A stretch of DNA of 61,874 bases, filler included, from Candidatus Ancaeobacter aquaticus (GCA_030765405.1; 5 parts of 5 records of this genome joined end to end with filler, not necessarily neighbours in it), one strand, 5' to 3'; positions 31,216 to 40,855 are shown, numbered from the whole stretch's first letter. The notes: generated from the sequence alone by a model not told the origin. Numbers and translations: made by a program.

Positions 31216-32355
31216 ATGTCGATGGATGAAATTAATATAACGATAATTGGCGCAGGTGTTATTGGGTTATCGATAGCGGCCTCTTTCAAAAATACTTCTC
31301 ATTCAATATATGTTTTGGAACGACACGATTCATTTGGGCAGGAAACTAGTAGTAGAAATAGCGAAGTTATCCATGCCGGTATATATTATCCCCAAGACTC
31401 TTTCAAAGCAAAGAGCTGTGTTCAAGGCAACAGAATGCTGTATGAATTATGTCAGAAGTATTCTGTTCAATGCGTTAAAACCGGAAAAATCATTATTGCC
31501 TGTACTGATGAAGAGCGTGAAGTGTTGCATGCCCTCTATAAAAAAGGTATGAATAACGGTGTCAGCCTTTCGTTTCTAGATAAGAAGGATATTCAGAAGC
31601 TGGAGCCTCACATAACCACAGCTTGTGCAGGAATATATTCGCCGTCTACAGGAGTTATCGATTCACACGGTTTGATGAAACACTACGAGTATAGAGCGCA
31701 AGAAAATGGGGTTGAGTTAACCTATGGTGTTCGGGTGACGAACATTGATACATGCAATGACGGATATGAGATTTCCGTAGTTGATTCAGATAGTAAAAGA
31801 ATGCAGTTTAAATCACGTATTGTGATAAACTGCGCAGGACTTGAATCTGATGTGGTTTCACAGATGGCAGGTATTGATAGTGATACCTATGGGTATCGCC
31901 TGCATATGTGTAAGGGCTCATACTTTAAAGTCGGAAACAAGAAATCTTCATATGTAACACACCTGGTATATCCTCCTCCCGATCATGCTCATGGAGTTTT
32001 AGGGATACATGCGTCATTAGATTGTGCCGGTGCACTAAAGCTGGGCCCTGATGCCCAATATGTTGATAAGGAAACTATGGATTATCACGTTGATATTAAT
32101 AAAAGAAAACAATTTTATGATTCTGCTAAAATATATTTTCCTTTTATTGAAGAGGAAGATCTTTATCCTGATATGGCCGGTATAAGGCCAAAATTACATG
32201 GACCCGAAGAATCATATCGTGATTTTGTTGTCAGTCATGAGGCCGATAAGGGGTTCCCCGGTTTTATCAATCTTATCGGGATAGAATCTCCGGGACTCAC
32301 TGCAGCGCCCTATATTGGACAGTATGTTGCCAATATGGCTAATGACATTATGTAA
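31216..32355 (+). CDS. FAD-dependent oxidoreductase (L-2-hydroxyglutarate oxidase-like)
   Basis: IGAGVIG, TSSRNSEVIHAGIYY, GIESPGLT. Confidence 0.88.
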   Translation: MSMDEINITIIGAGVIGLSIAASFKNTSHSIYVLERHDSFGQETSSRNSEVIHAGIYYPQDSFKAKSCVQGNRMLYELCQKYSVQCVKTGKIIIACTDEEREVLHALYKKGMNNGVSLSFLDKKDIQKLEPHITTACAGIYSPSTGVIDSHGLMKHYEYRAQENGVELTYGVRVTNIDTCNDGYEISVVDSDSKRMQFKSRIVINCAGLESDVVSQMAGIDSDTYGYRLHMCKGSYFKVGNKKSSYVTHLVYPPPDHAHGVLGIHASLDCAGALKLGPDAQYVDKETMDYHVDINKRKQFYDSAKIYFPFIEEEDLYPDMAGIRPKLHGPEESYRDFVVSHEADKGFPGFINLIGIESPGLTAAPYIGQYVANMANDIM

Positions 32356-32376
32356 CAAAGAGAAATCTTTAGGAAT

Positions 32377-33033
32377 ATGAAAAAAATAAAAAAAGAATAT
32401 AAAGCAGTAATATTTGATATGGATGGCGTGATCGTCGATTCTATGCCGTATCATTTTCTTGCGTGGTATGAAGCTCTTCGCCCAATAGGTGTTCGCATAA
32501 GCAGTTTTGATGTGTATATGAGAGAGGGTGAGAGGTGGCAGAAAACCGTGCTTGAATTACTGGAACGAGAGCATATAAAGATCACAGACAAACTGACAAA
32601 AAAAATACATCGGGATCGGGAACAGATATTTAAAAGAATTTATAAACGGTTTATTTTTCAAGGGTCATTTGAATTATTAGAATGTCTAAATAAAAAGGAA
32701 TATTCACTGGGTCTGGTTACCGGAACACCGACAAAAGAGGTTAAGAAGATACTTCCAAAGAAAATAAGAGATATATTTAAGTGTATTGTTGCAGGGGATA
32801 GCGTCGTGAACGGAAAACCGCATCCTGAACCGTATCTGCGAGCTGCTGAGATATTAGGTGTTACGCCATCAGAATGTATAGTGATCGAAAATGCACCGCT
32901 AGGAATACGGTCTGCGCAACAAGCGGGGATGGTATGTGTTGCAGTTACAACAAGTCTTCCGCGTGAGTATGTTAAAAATGCTGATCATATTGTAGACAGC
33001 AATTCCGCAACAAAGTATTTTAGCTCACCATAA
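32377..33033 (+). CDS. HAD-family phosphatase (beta-PGM-like); last residues come from the IS end
   Basis: FDMDGV, KPHPEPY, IENA..G; terminal NSATKYFSSP* is encoded by the repeat. Confidence 0.85.
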   Translation: MKKIKKEYKAVIFDMDGVIVDSMPYHFLAWYEALRPIGVRISSFDVYMREGERWQKTVLELLEREHIKITDKLTKKIHRDREQIFKRIYKRFIFQGSFELLECLNKKEYSLGLVTGTPTKEVKKILPKKIRDIFKCIVAGDSVVNGKPHPEPYLRAAEILGVTPSECIVIENAPLGIRSAQQAGMVCVAVTTSLPREYVKNADHIVDSNSATKYFSSP

Positions 33034-33122
33034 GTCATTCTATTTACGATATTTTAGTGGTAAACGCCTTGTTTGAGCAAATTCGTATTGACGTTGAAGT
33101 ATTTTATTGACATAAAAACTGA
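32997..33122 (+). mobile_element. Second copy of the unclassified IS left end
   Basis: 125/126 nt identical to 7289-7414; at the contig end. Confidence 0.65.
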
Positions 33123-33222
33123 NNNNNNNNNNNNNNNNNNNNNNNNNNNNNNNNNNNNNNNNNNNNTTAATTAATTAANNNNNNNNNNNNNNNNNNNNNN
33201 NNNNNNNNNNNNNNNNNNNNNN
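33123..33222. other. Artificial contig linker / gap
   Basis: N44-TTAATTAATTAA-N44. Confidence 0.97.
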
Positions 33223-33341
33223 AGGGGTGTTGAAGTCGAAGCATAAGACAGAATAATGTGACACTCTCCAAACCGAAAGGGGAGAGTAACAGGGAACACA
33301 AAGCATGTCTAAGTGTGACGGCCATATTATATCTACTCGAC
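33223..33341 (+). mobile_element. Group II intron 3' end (long domain VI), related but distinct variant
   Basis: AGGGGTGT..ATATCT-A-CTC-GAC basal stem with bulged A33335; shares CATATTATrTCTACTCGAC with copies 1 and 2. Confidence 0.75.
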
Positions 33342-33482
33342 TGAAATATGCTTCTGTGACAGTACCGGGAATATGGCAGTTGGTGCTGGCGAGTCAACAG
33401 GTACCGCAGCAGACAACACCGGTAAGATCATTACAGGTGAAGAAGAATAGTAATAAAAATTATTATTATTATGCGTAAGGTT

Positions 33483-33518
33483 AAAAGCCCGTTTCATTTT
33501 CTGTGAAGCGGGCTTTTT
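33483..33518 (+). terminator. Intrinsic terminator
   Basis: AAAAGCCCGTTTCA..TGAAGCGGGCTTTTT. Confidence 0.75.
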
Positions 33519-33533
33519 CCATGTCTTGATGTT

Positions 33534-33556
33534 TAAATGGTAGCAGCTACCATTTA
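33534..33556. repeat. REP-like palindrome left of RAYT2
   Basis: TAAATGGTAGC-A-GCTACCATTTA. Confidence 0.85.
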
Positions 33557-33606
33557 GCTGCCATTTATTGATTGACATTTATTATGAATTTAAGAATAAT
33601 CTGTTC

Positions 33607-34278
33607 ATGCCCAGAATATCACGAGTTGTCATTCCTGAACACCCACACCATATTACCCAAAGAGGGAATAATCAACAGGATGTTTTCATTGATGACACTG
33701 ATCGAAAAAAATATCTTCTTTTGATCAATGAATATTCTCAAAGATATGGGATTACAATTTTATCATATTGTTTAATGTCAAATCATGTCCATTTTATAGT
33801 AGTTCCAAAAACCAAAGAGTCTTTAAGTAGGACATTTAATTTTGCACATGTCCAATATTCTAAATACTACAATCACAAAAAAAACCTAAAAGGACATTTA
33901 TGGCAGAATAGGTTTTATTCATGTGTCTTAGATGAAAAACACTTGATATGTGCCGCAAGATATATTGAAAGAAACCCAGCAAGAGCCAGTATAGTCAAGA
34001 ATCCATCTGAGTGGGAGTGGTCAAGTGCTTCATATAATTGTGGTTTATGTGCAAATAACATTATCAAGCTAGGAAATCTTTTTGATTATACTTATGTAAA
34101 TAAAGAAGGTTGGAATGAATATATATGTTCATCTGAAACTACTGATGAAGTAGATGCTATAAAAAAATGCACGTTGAATGGTCGACCATTAGGGGCCTCA
34201 ACTTTTGTAGAAGGGTTAGAGACTAGGTTGGGAAGAAGGTTGCAGGCTTTACCTAGGGGGAGACAATCAAGAAAATAG
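33607..34278 (+). CDS. REP-associated tyrosine transposase (RAYT), second type
   Basis: MPRISR..HHITQRGNN, YCLMSNHVH, GHLWQNRFYS, YIERNP, WEWSSA. Confidence 0.92.
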   Translation: MPRISRVVIPEHPHHITQRGNNQQDVFIDDTDRKKYLLLINEYSQRYGITILSYCLMSNHVHFIVVPKTKESLSRTFNFAHVQYSKYYNHKKNLKGHLWQNRFYSCVLDEKHLICAARYIERNPARASIVKNPSEWEWSSASYNCGLCANNIIKLGNLFDYTYVNKEGWNEYICSSETTDEVDAIKKCTLNGRPLGASTFVEGLETRLGRRLQALPRGRQSRK

Positions 34279-34281
34279 GTT

Positions 34282-34304
34282 TAAATGGTAGCTGCTACCA
34301 TTTA
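34282..34304. repeat. REP-like palindrome right of RAYT2
   Basis: TAAATGGTAGC-T-GCTACCATTTA (reverse complement of the left copy). Confidence 0.85.
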
Positions 34305-34452
34305 GGGGTGTCCCTATTATTCTTCATATTGTTCTGCTATGGGGCAGTAATAGATAGATGTGTTGCAAAGTTGAACACTTTTTTGCACCTGATAACATAA
34401 TTGTTAGTATTTTTATAGAGCGCACGCGTCACTAAAATACTTATAAAAAATA

Positions 34453-34481
34453 TTGATAATTATAACGCTGTGTATTATAAT
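34453..34481 (+). promoter_or_regulatory. Possible sigma70 promoter
   Basis: TTGATA, 17 nt, TATAAT. Confidence 0.5.
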
Positions 34482-34515
34482 GTCTTATAAGATTTACTAG
34501 TAGTTTTCTTAGATG

Positions 34516-34532
34516 TTGGCACGGCGATTGCT
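34516..34532 (+). promoter_or_regulatory. sigma54 (-24/-12) promoter
   Basis: TTGGCACGGCGATTGCT matches TGGCAC-N5-TTGC, 62 nt before the ATG. Confidence 0.75.
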
Positions 34533-34594
34533 TTATATAGGTTCATGAAACAAAAATGACAAAACCAAAACCAACCAACCGAAAGGAGGAGGTT

Positions 34595-34807
34595 ATGTCA
34601 AAACAGGGAATGGAGAAAATATTTGGTAAAGCAGTAACAGATGAGGTTTTTAGAGGCCAACTTCTGTCAGATCCTGACTCAGCATTAGCTGGCAGTGATC
34701 TATCTGAAGATGAAATTCAGGCAATTAAGGCAATGGACAAAGAATCAATTGAAAAATTTGTCGGTGGTCTTGATGAAAGAATTTCTAAACGTGGTAATCG
34801 TATGTAA
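34595..34807 (+). CDS. NHLP-clan RiPP precursor-like peptide (Franean1_4349/Os1348 type), 70 aa
   Basis: MSKQGMEKIFGKAVTDEVFRGQLLSDPDSALAG.DLSEDE..AI..LDERISK; RBS AAAGGAGGAGG. Confidence 0.75.
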   Translation: MSKQGMEKIFGKAVTDEVFRGQLLSDPDSALAGSDLSEDEIQAIKAMDKESIEKFVGGLDERISKRGNRM

Positions 34808-34825
34808 TATTGGCAGTGATTGAAT

Positions 34826-34863
34826 AAAAAAGGTGAGTTCTGGAAACAGGGCTCACCTTTTTT
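34826..34863. terminator. Bidirectional intrinsic terminator
   Basis: AAAAAAGGTGAGTTCTG-GAAA-CAGGGCTCACCTTTTTT between convergent genes. Confidence 0.85.
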
Positions 34864-34882
34864 ATGTGCCATGGGTCATGTA

Positions 34883-37800
34883 TCACGCGGCTTTTTCCAC
34901 TTTGATATCTGATACGGTTTCTATGGATTCCGGTTTTGCCGGAGATAAAAGTTTGTTTTGTAAAATTATTATCCTTCCGTCGTAAACACCTTCTTCTGCT
35001 AATTTTTCAATAAGGTTTTGGGTCCTGGTTAGATAGTCAGCGCGGGTTTCAAGCGAAGTGATCCCTTCGAATAAGTGAGATTGCTTCGTTACACTAGCAA
35101 TGACGGATAACTCATAATAGAGTTCAGCCAAAAGTAAACTGTCCAATGGAAATTTATTTTTTAATAAGAAATTTTCAACGTCTTTAAGTGATGAAAGTGC
35201 CTTTGATATTTTTAGCGAGGTGCTGTTATCGATATTTGTTTTCTTTTCAGACAATGCATTATTTAGTTTATTGCAAACTTTAAGTAGAAGGGCAAGATTT
35301 TTTGCTATACCTAGTTTGTGATCAAGTTTTTTTGCATTGTTAAAGCATGCGATTGCATCTAGAAATATATTTTTTAGGTTTTCCTCATTATCTTTATGAA
35401 TTATAAAATCAATTTCACACTTTATTCTATCAATGACTCCAAGTCTAATTTTTATGTCTTTGCTTTTTGTAATCTTTTCAGAAAATGTCTTTACGTTATT
35501 TTGAATCTCTGAGATTAGATTTATTGCTTTACTGATTTCTCCGCTTCGGATATATCCCTCAAGAATATATCCCCAACAATCAAGCATTATTAGTAGACTA
35601 AGTTTTTTGTCTTCGATCTGATAGGCTTCATTTATTGCTTTTTGTAGATATTTGATGCTTTTTTCATGATCTTTTTTATAGCATATTCCGAAACCTTTAT
35701 ATAAATCCGCCTTTTCTTCAGCAAGTGCACCGAAAAGTTTTACAACCCTTTCCGCATCCATATAATAACCCAACGCTTTGTCATATTGACCAAGTAATCT
35801 ATATCCCTCCCCGCAGTAGTTTAATGATGTAGTTAAAAATTCGGTATAATGATTTTTTTTCAAGATTAATATTGATTCGGTTGCAGTACGTATGGCATTA
35901 TGTGGTTCACCTGACAAAATATAATTTATTGACAGACTAGATAAAGCACCTGCTGTTCTGAAAGGATTGTGTATTTCCTTGCTTATTCTGACAGCTTCCA
36001 GATAACTTTTCTTTGACTTCTCAAGGTCCCCTTTTTCTATAAGAACATTTCCAATATTGTTGTAAATTTTAATTATGGCAATAATATTATTTGTATTTGC
36101 TGCTATCTTTTTTCCCTTTTCATAATATGATAATGCTGACTCATAATTGCCTTTATCAAAATTAAGATTGCCTAATTTTATAAATAGTTCTGTTTGAGTA
36201 AGCTTTCTCGTTGAAAGGGGCTCGATTTTGGGAATTTGTTTTTCGACTCGGTTTAATATTCCCGCAATTTCTTTCATATTACCACTTGCATATAGAACTT
36301 GAATTATTCCATCAAAAATAATATTAAATTTTTCTGTATCGTTGGAGACTAATTCGAGAGCAGTATTGTAGGCCTTTAGGGAACTATCGGCATTAAATAG
36401 TCTTTTATACATATCTCCAAGGTTGTTGTATAATTTACAAAGATCTTTTTTGTCACTTTTCTTAGTGAGTTCCTGATCCTTTTTGTAATTTATGACAGAG
36501 ATGGCATTTTTAGTTTCGTTAACTGCTTCGGGAAGTTTTAATAGTTTTTCATACTTGTTCGCGGACAATTCTAAGTATTGCATAGTGTTTGTTAAGTCTT
36601 TTTCATTTACCCCCAATTCCTTTTGCTGTTTATCCCACTTAAGCTTTAAATTAAATGAATCATAATATAATTGTGCAAGGGTATTAATGTGGGCAGGATC
36701 TATTGAACCGTCTTCTTTTTTATAGAGTGTTTCCATAAGATGGGCGAGTTTGAGTTTTCCTTTTCTTATTTTGTCGATATCGGCATGTTTAATAAATACA
36801 TCGTAGATGTAATGGTCAAAAATGAATGTTTCCAAATCACCACGTCTGAATATTCCTATATCCATAAGTTCTTTTAATCGTTCATTTACTTTGTTTTCAG
36901 TTATTGGAAGACTTTTGATAAATACCTCTTCCTTGAATTTCGATCCGAGGCAAAGCGCGTTTAAAAGCATTGTTTTGTATAACGGATTATCAAAATAGCT
37001 GGCATTGTATTGTGTATAGAAAAAGGCGTCTATGTTATCACCTGATATCTTTTGCTTAAGGACTTCTTTTAAAAGGTACGCGCCTTTTTGGTCTTCCGGC
37101 AGATTCTGATTGCGGAACCGGTCTGTAAAAAGTTTTGCCTGGTGACGGGCTATAAGGGGGCTACCTTTTCCTGATAAGAGGTATATTTTTTCATTTAATT
37201 GTTTTTTTACATATGAATGTAAGTCTTTTAGTAGAGAGTCGCTAATAACCGTGTGTTGTTTTTCTTGCGGCAAGTCTTTATTAAAGTGTTGTAATATTTC
37301 ATCTATTTCATCGCGAGTATACAATCCTCTGATATCATCAAGTGTCAGTCTATCAACTTCGCTTAGAAGAGCGGTTTTTCTTTTTAAACCACATATTCCA
37401 TGAAATATGTCCAATATCTGTTCCTGATCCATTTTATCGACGAGTATTGTTCTGTTATCTTTGGTGACAAGTTTTGCTAAAGATACCGGTTCTTTTGTAT
37501 TGATGGCTGTAACTTCGATCTCTTCCAGTGCTTTTGGGAAGGCCCCGTTACACACGAGCTCGATTAACACATTTTTATTTTTTAGGGAATTCATAAGTGG
37601 AGAAAAAAAGACCGTTTCTTCGGGAAGGTTTTGCATGTCAAATACTCTAAGGAAAAGACCGGCGTTGCCTTCTTTGGTAACTTCTTTTGCTTTATTGGTA
37701 AAAAGTTTCTGAATAATATTATTTATAACAATAATCTTTTCATCATCTTCTAGATTATCGACAACCTCACTTTCACCGAAATCAATAAATGGAAATAGTA

Positions 37801-40576
37801 TCTTTAGTGCAGGTGTATATATTTTCATGTCTTCGGCGTATTCGGATATACCGTAATCTATCTTTTTAAGACGTTCGGCGAGTTTATCTTTATGTGTAAT
37901 GGCAAAGAAATCTTCCAGCAAATTTTTCATAATAGCATATTCATCTTTTCCTCTAGTGCCATAGGTTATGAATCCTGCTGATTTAGCGTAACGTTCAATC
38001 TCATAAGCAAGTGTCTCTGACCCTAAGCCCAGTTCTTTGGTTTGAATAAAAAGCATATCCATTGTCCCGGGTTTTTTATCTAAATAGGTATCAATCCATT
38101 TTTTAGCGATGCCAAGTTCCTTGTTTCTTAAAAATTTACCTTTACGCTGCACCGTTAGTATTCCTAGTGGCTGAAATATTGGTATTTCTGCGGCGACGCC
38201 TTTTACCTTGATTCCTTTTGCTCCAGGGGCATAAAAATCTGTCCGTTCCTTATAATCGATATCATCTTTGCTGGCGTAATACACACGGCTTGATACGATT
38301 GTCTCACCTTTTTTTGAAGACGAGCCGAGCCGTGCGGCAAGATTTATTTCCGGGCTGATTGTGGTAAGCTCCTTACGTGCGGTTCCAGTGAGGCCCAGTA
38401 TAACCGCTCCTGAATTAATACCGATTTTCATTTTTAAGCCATATTTATCCGCTGTTTCATGTAGGTGCATTGCGTGTCTTACCATTTCAGCGTCCGGGTT
38501 TATATTACTGATATATTTCAAGCCGCCAAGGTAGATCATTTTTAGATAATGTGTTCCTGGGTCGCATTTTAGATAGAATATACCGTTTGCCGGAGATGCT
38601 GTTCGGTTAGCGTCATTAAAGAAATCTCTTACAATATTTTGCGCTTCTTTTAGTCCGTTTTCCTTCAATGTTTTATTGTAAAGTTCCTGCAGGCCGTATA
38701 CCTGCATAAACATGATGCGCACATTCTGGAAGTTCATTCTGTCTACATGCGTATCTGTTTTTTCGTCTTTAATGATGTAATTATCAAATCCGCGTGGTAG
38801 GAAGCTGATAAGGATATCTTTTGCTTCTTCTAAGATTTCTTTAGAGTAAAATGCTTTTCTATGTGCTTTTGTCCTGAATTGATGGAATAAGATACCGATT
38901 CTGTCTGCAACGTATTTTCCGTAATAGTTTTTCATGGACATTTTTGCAAGCGTATCCTTTGTCTTATCGAGTGAGGCATCATCCTGAGCGGGGAAAAATG
39001 AAAGTAGATGGTTATCAACCTCGATACGGATCTTCATAACCGCTTTTTTCATGTTTTCAAGTTTTTTGATTTTTGAGAAGTCTCCGATTGTTACGTTTCC
39101 ATTCATCTTTGTGAGTGCTTTTTTCCATTTTTCAAAATCTTTGGTGATTTGTTGTTTTAATTCTGGGGAGGTTTTATCAAAATTATTTTTACGTAAATAA
39201 TCATATACTGCGTTCATATATTTCTGAGTAAAATTAATTCTGTCTTTTACTTCATAATCAAGGAAGTTTAATTTTTGTTGATTTATTACATAGAGATTTT
39301 CTTCTTTCATGCTTTTTCTCGCATCAGTATTATATTTTTCATCCGGTAGGGTATCAGTGTCAAATACAGTAAAAAGGTTGCCGCGTCCCTCTTTCACAAG
39401 TTTCTCTTTTGACTCTTGTGATATAACGATTTCTTTATTTGAGGCGTCTTCAGCTTGAATTGCTCTTAGGACAACGTCGCCGAGAGGCAGTACATCCCGT
39501 ATACCGTAACTGTCATCCGGTATTACCAGATATATTGTTCCGGTAGACATGCCGATACTTGCTTTAATATCTCCCAAAGAGCTGAAATCAGCGGTTTCGG
39601 TGAAGAACTCTTTTATAATGCCACCAAAATAACGGATCATGAGCTGTACTTCCTGACTCATTTCAAGTGCGCGTGTTGCGGTATTTTCTCCCGTAAACAT
39701 GACAAGGCGTGCGTCACCGCCAAATTTGAGTATTGATCCGTCAAATTTATTTATGACATTTGCTATATCAACAAATAGTTCGTTTGTTATTTCGATCACA
39801 AACTTTCTTGCTTCGGCTTGCTTTACAGGATCCACCTCTTCTGATAGCATGCTATTAAGCTTATCAGTCATAGCGGTAAAACCGGACAGATCGATGCTTG
39901 CAACAGATGCATTCTCAAATACAAGTGGTTCGGTAAATATGTGTTTTTTGCTCTTGTCGCCAGGGATTTCTTTTTCGAGAAGTGTTTGAAGAATTTCTGC
40001 AGGTACGTACGCAGCAATATTCTGCAGATCAAATTCCTCGTCTTTTAGTTCATTGTAGAGATCTACATATATGTCCTGATAAATATAATAGTTTACATGT
40101 GCGTTCAGGGACTCTTTTTTTAATACTTTTTTTGATGAAAGGATATCGACTGACGGTTCGTAGAGACTGCTGGTAAAAATGATGCCGTGATCCTTGCCTG
40201 ATATGATTAGTGTTTCTTGGTCAGGTATTTCATCAAAGGCATATCCTTCTTCAGTAAATATGTTTTTTATGAGTTTCTTTTGAGTTTTTTGTGTGCCTAC
40301 TCTAAAAAGGTCCTCTATGGTAAGATCGGCTTTTTTCTTTCGGACATGCTTAGTGAGTTTTTTAACTGTAGCGTGTCCCCAGCCAATAATGCCTAAATCT
40401 TCCTTAAAATCCGATTCCGGCTGCAAGGTGGCTTCGCCACTTTCATTATGTGTGTATGAATCTCCAAGAGATGCGATGCTGGTGATAGGATATATACATG
40501 AAGTTGTGATAAAACAAAATAAGACAAAAGTGGTTACAAAGAAACGTCTTATAGAGTCTGTTTTTAGTGTCTTCAC
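34883..40576 (-). CDS. 1897-aa protein: hydrophobic N-terminus, two class III nucleotide cyclase domains, degenerate STAND-type NTPase, TPR repeats
   Basis: SIDLSGFTAM, KFGGDA, IGINSG..NLAARL; GLGSET in place of a P-loop; YNNLGDMY, YNNIGNV, LNYCGEGY TPRs. Confidence 0.8.
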   Translation of the reverse strand: MKTLKTDSIRRFFVTTFVLFCFITTSCIYPITSIASLGDSYTHNESGEATLQPESDFKEDLGIIGWGHATVKKLTKHVRKKKADLTIEDLFRVGTQKTQKKLIKNIFTEEGYAFDEIPDQETLIISGKDHGIIFTSSLYEPSVDILSSKKVLKKESLNAHVNYYIYQDIYVDLYNELKDEEFDLQNIAAYVPAEILQTLLEKEIPGDKSKKHIFTEPLVFENASVASIDLSGFTAMTDKLNSMLSEEVDPVKQAEARKFVIEITNELFVDIANVINKFDGSILKFGGDARLVMFTGENTATRALEMSQEVQLMIRYFGGIIKEFFTETADFSSLGDIKASIGMSTGTIYLVIPDDSYGIRDVLPLGDVVLRAIQAEDASNKEIVISQESKEKLVKEGRGNLFTVFDTDTLPDEKYNTDARKSMKEENLYVINQQKLNFLDYEVKDRINFTQKYMNAVYDYLRKNNFDKTSPELKQQITKDFEKWKKALTKMNGNVTIGDFSKIKKLENMKKAVMKIRIEVDNHLLSFFPAQDDASLDKTKDTLAKMSMKNYYGKYVADRIGILFHQFRTKAHRKAFYSKEILEEAKDILISFLPRGFDNYIIKDEKTDTHVDRMNFQNVRIMFMQVYGLQELYNKTLKENGLKEAQNIVRDFFNDANRTASPANGIFYLKCDPGTHYLKMIYLGGLKYISNINPDAEMVRHAMHLHETADKYGLKMKIGINSGAVILGLTGTARKELTTISPEINLAARLGSSSKKGETIVSSRVYYASKDDIDYKERTDFYAPGAKGIKVKGVAAEIPIFQPLGILTVQRKGKFLRNKELGIAKKWIDTYLDKKPGTMDMLFIQTKELGLGSETLAYEIERYAKSAGFITYGTRGKDEYAIMKNLLEDFFAITHKDKLAERLKKIDYGISEYAEDMKIYTPALKILFPFIDFGESEVVDNLEDDEKIIVINNIIQKLFTNKAKEVTKEGNAGLFLRVFDMQNLPEETVFFSPLMNSLKNKNVLIELVCNGAFPKALEEIEVTAINTKEPVSLAKLVTKDNRTILVDKMDQEQILDIFHGICGLKRKTALLSEVDRLTLDDIRGLYTRDEIDEILQHFNKDLPQEKQHTVISDSLLKDLHSYVKKQLNEKIYLLSGKGSPLIARHQAKLFTDRFRNQNLPEDQKGAYLLKEVLKQKISGDNIDAFFYTQYNASYFDNPLYKTMLLNALCLGSKFKEEVFIKSLPITENKVNERLKELMDIGIFRRGDLETFIFDHYIYDVFIKHADIDKIRKGKLKLAHLMETLYKKEDGSIDPAHINTLAQLYYDSFNLKLKWDKQQKELGVNEKDLTNTMQYLELSANKYEKLLKLPEAVNETKNAISVINYKKDQELTKKSDKKDLCKLYNNLGDMYKRLFNADSSLKAYNTALELVSNDTEKFNIIFDGIIQVLYASGNMKEIAGILNRVEKQIPKIEPLSTRKLTQTELFIKLGNLNFDKGNYESALSYYEKGKKIAANTNNIIAIIKIYNNIGNVLIEKGDLEKSKKSYLEAVRISKEIHNPFRTAGALSSLSINYILSGEPHNAIRTATESILILKKNHYTEFLTTSLNYCGEGYRLLGQYDKALGYYMDAERVVKLFGALAEEKADLYKGFGICYKKDHEKSIKYLQKAINEAYQIEDKKLSLLIMLDCWGYILEGYIRSGEISKAINLISEIQNNVKTFSEKITKSKDIKIRLGVIDRIKCEIDFIIHKDNEENLKNIFLDAIACFNNAKKLDHKLGIAKNLALLLKVCNKLNNALSEKKTNIDNSTSLKISKALSSLKDVENFLLKNKFPLDSLLLAELYYELSVIASVTKQSHLFEGITSLETRADYLTRTQNLIEKLAEEGVYDGRIIILQNKLLSPAKPESIETVSDIKVEKAA

Positions 40577-40634
40577 AGTGCCCTCTTAATTATTTTAGAT
40601 ATAATTCTCTATAACTTGTTTTCGTAAATAGAAT

Positions 40635-40734
40635 NNNNNNNNNNNNNNNNNNNNNNNNNNNNNNNNNNNNNNNNNNNNTTAATTAATTAANNNNNNNNNN
40701 NNNNNNNNNNNNNNNNNNNNNNNNNNNNNNNNNN
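40635..40734. other. Artificial contig linker / gap
   Basis: N44-TTAATTAATTAA-N44. Confidence 0.97.
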
Positions 40735-40855
40735 GTGAGTTGGATTGAAGAGCCGGATGTGAGAAATTCACAAGTCCGGTTCTATGAGGGGCATTGAAAC
40801 TCCTCTTGTTAATTGTGAAAATATAAGAAAAGGAGTCATATTATGTCTACTCGAC
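40735..40855 (+). mobile_element. Group II intron 3' end (DV-DVI), copy 2
   Basis: 121 nt identical to 7597-7717; DV 40750-40782; bulged A40849; different 3' exon. Confidence 0.92.
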
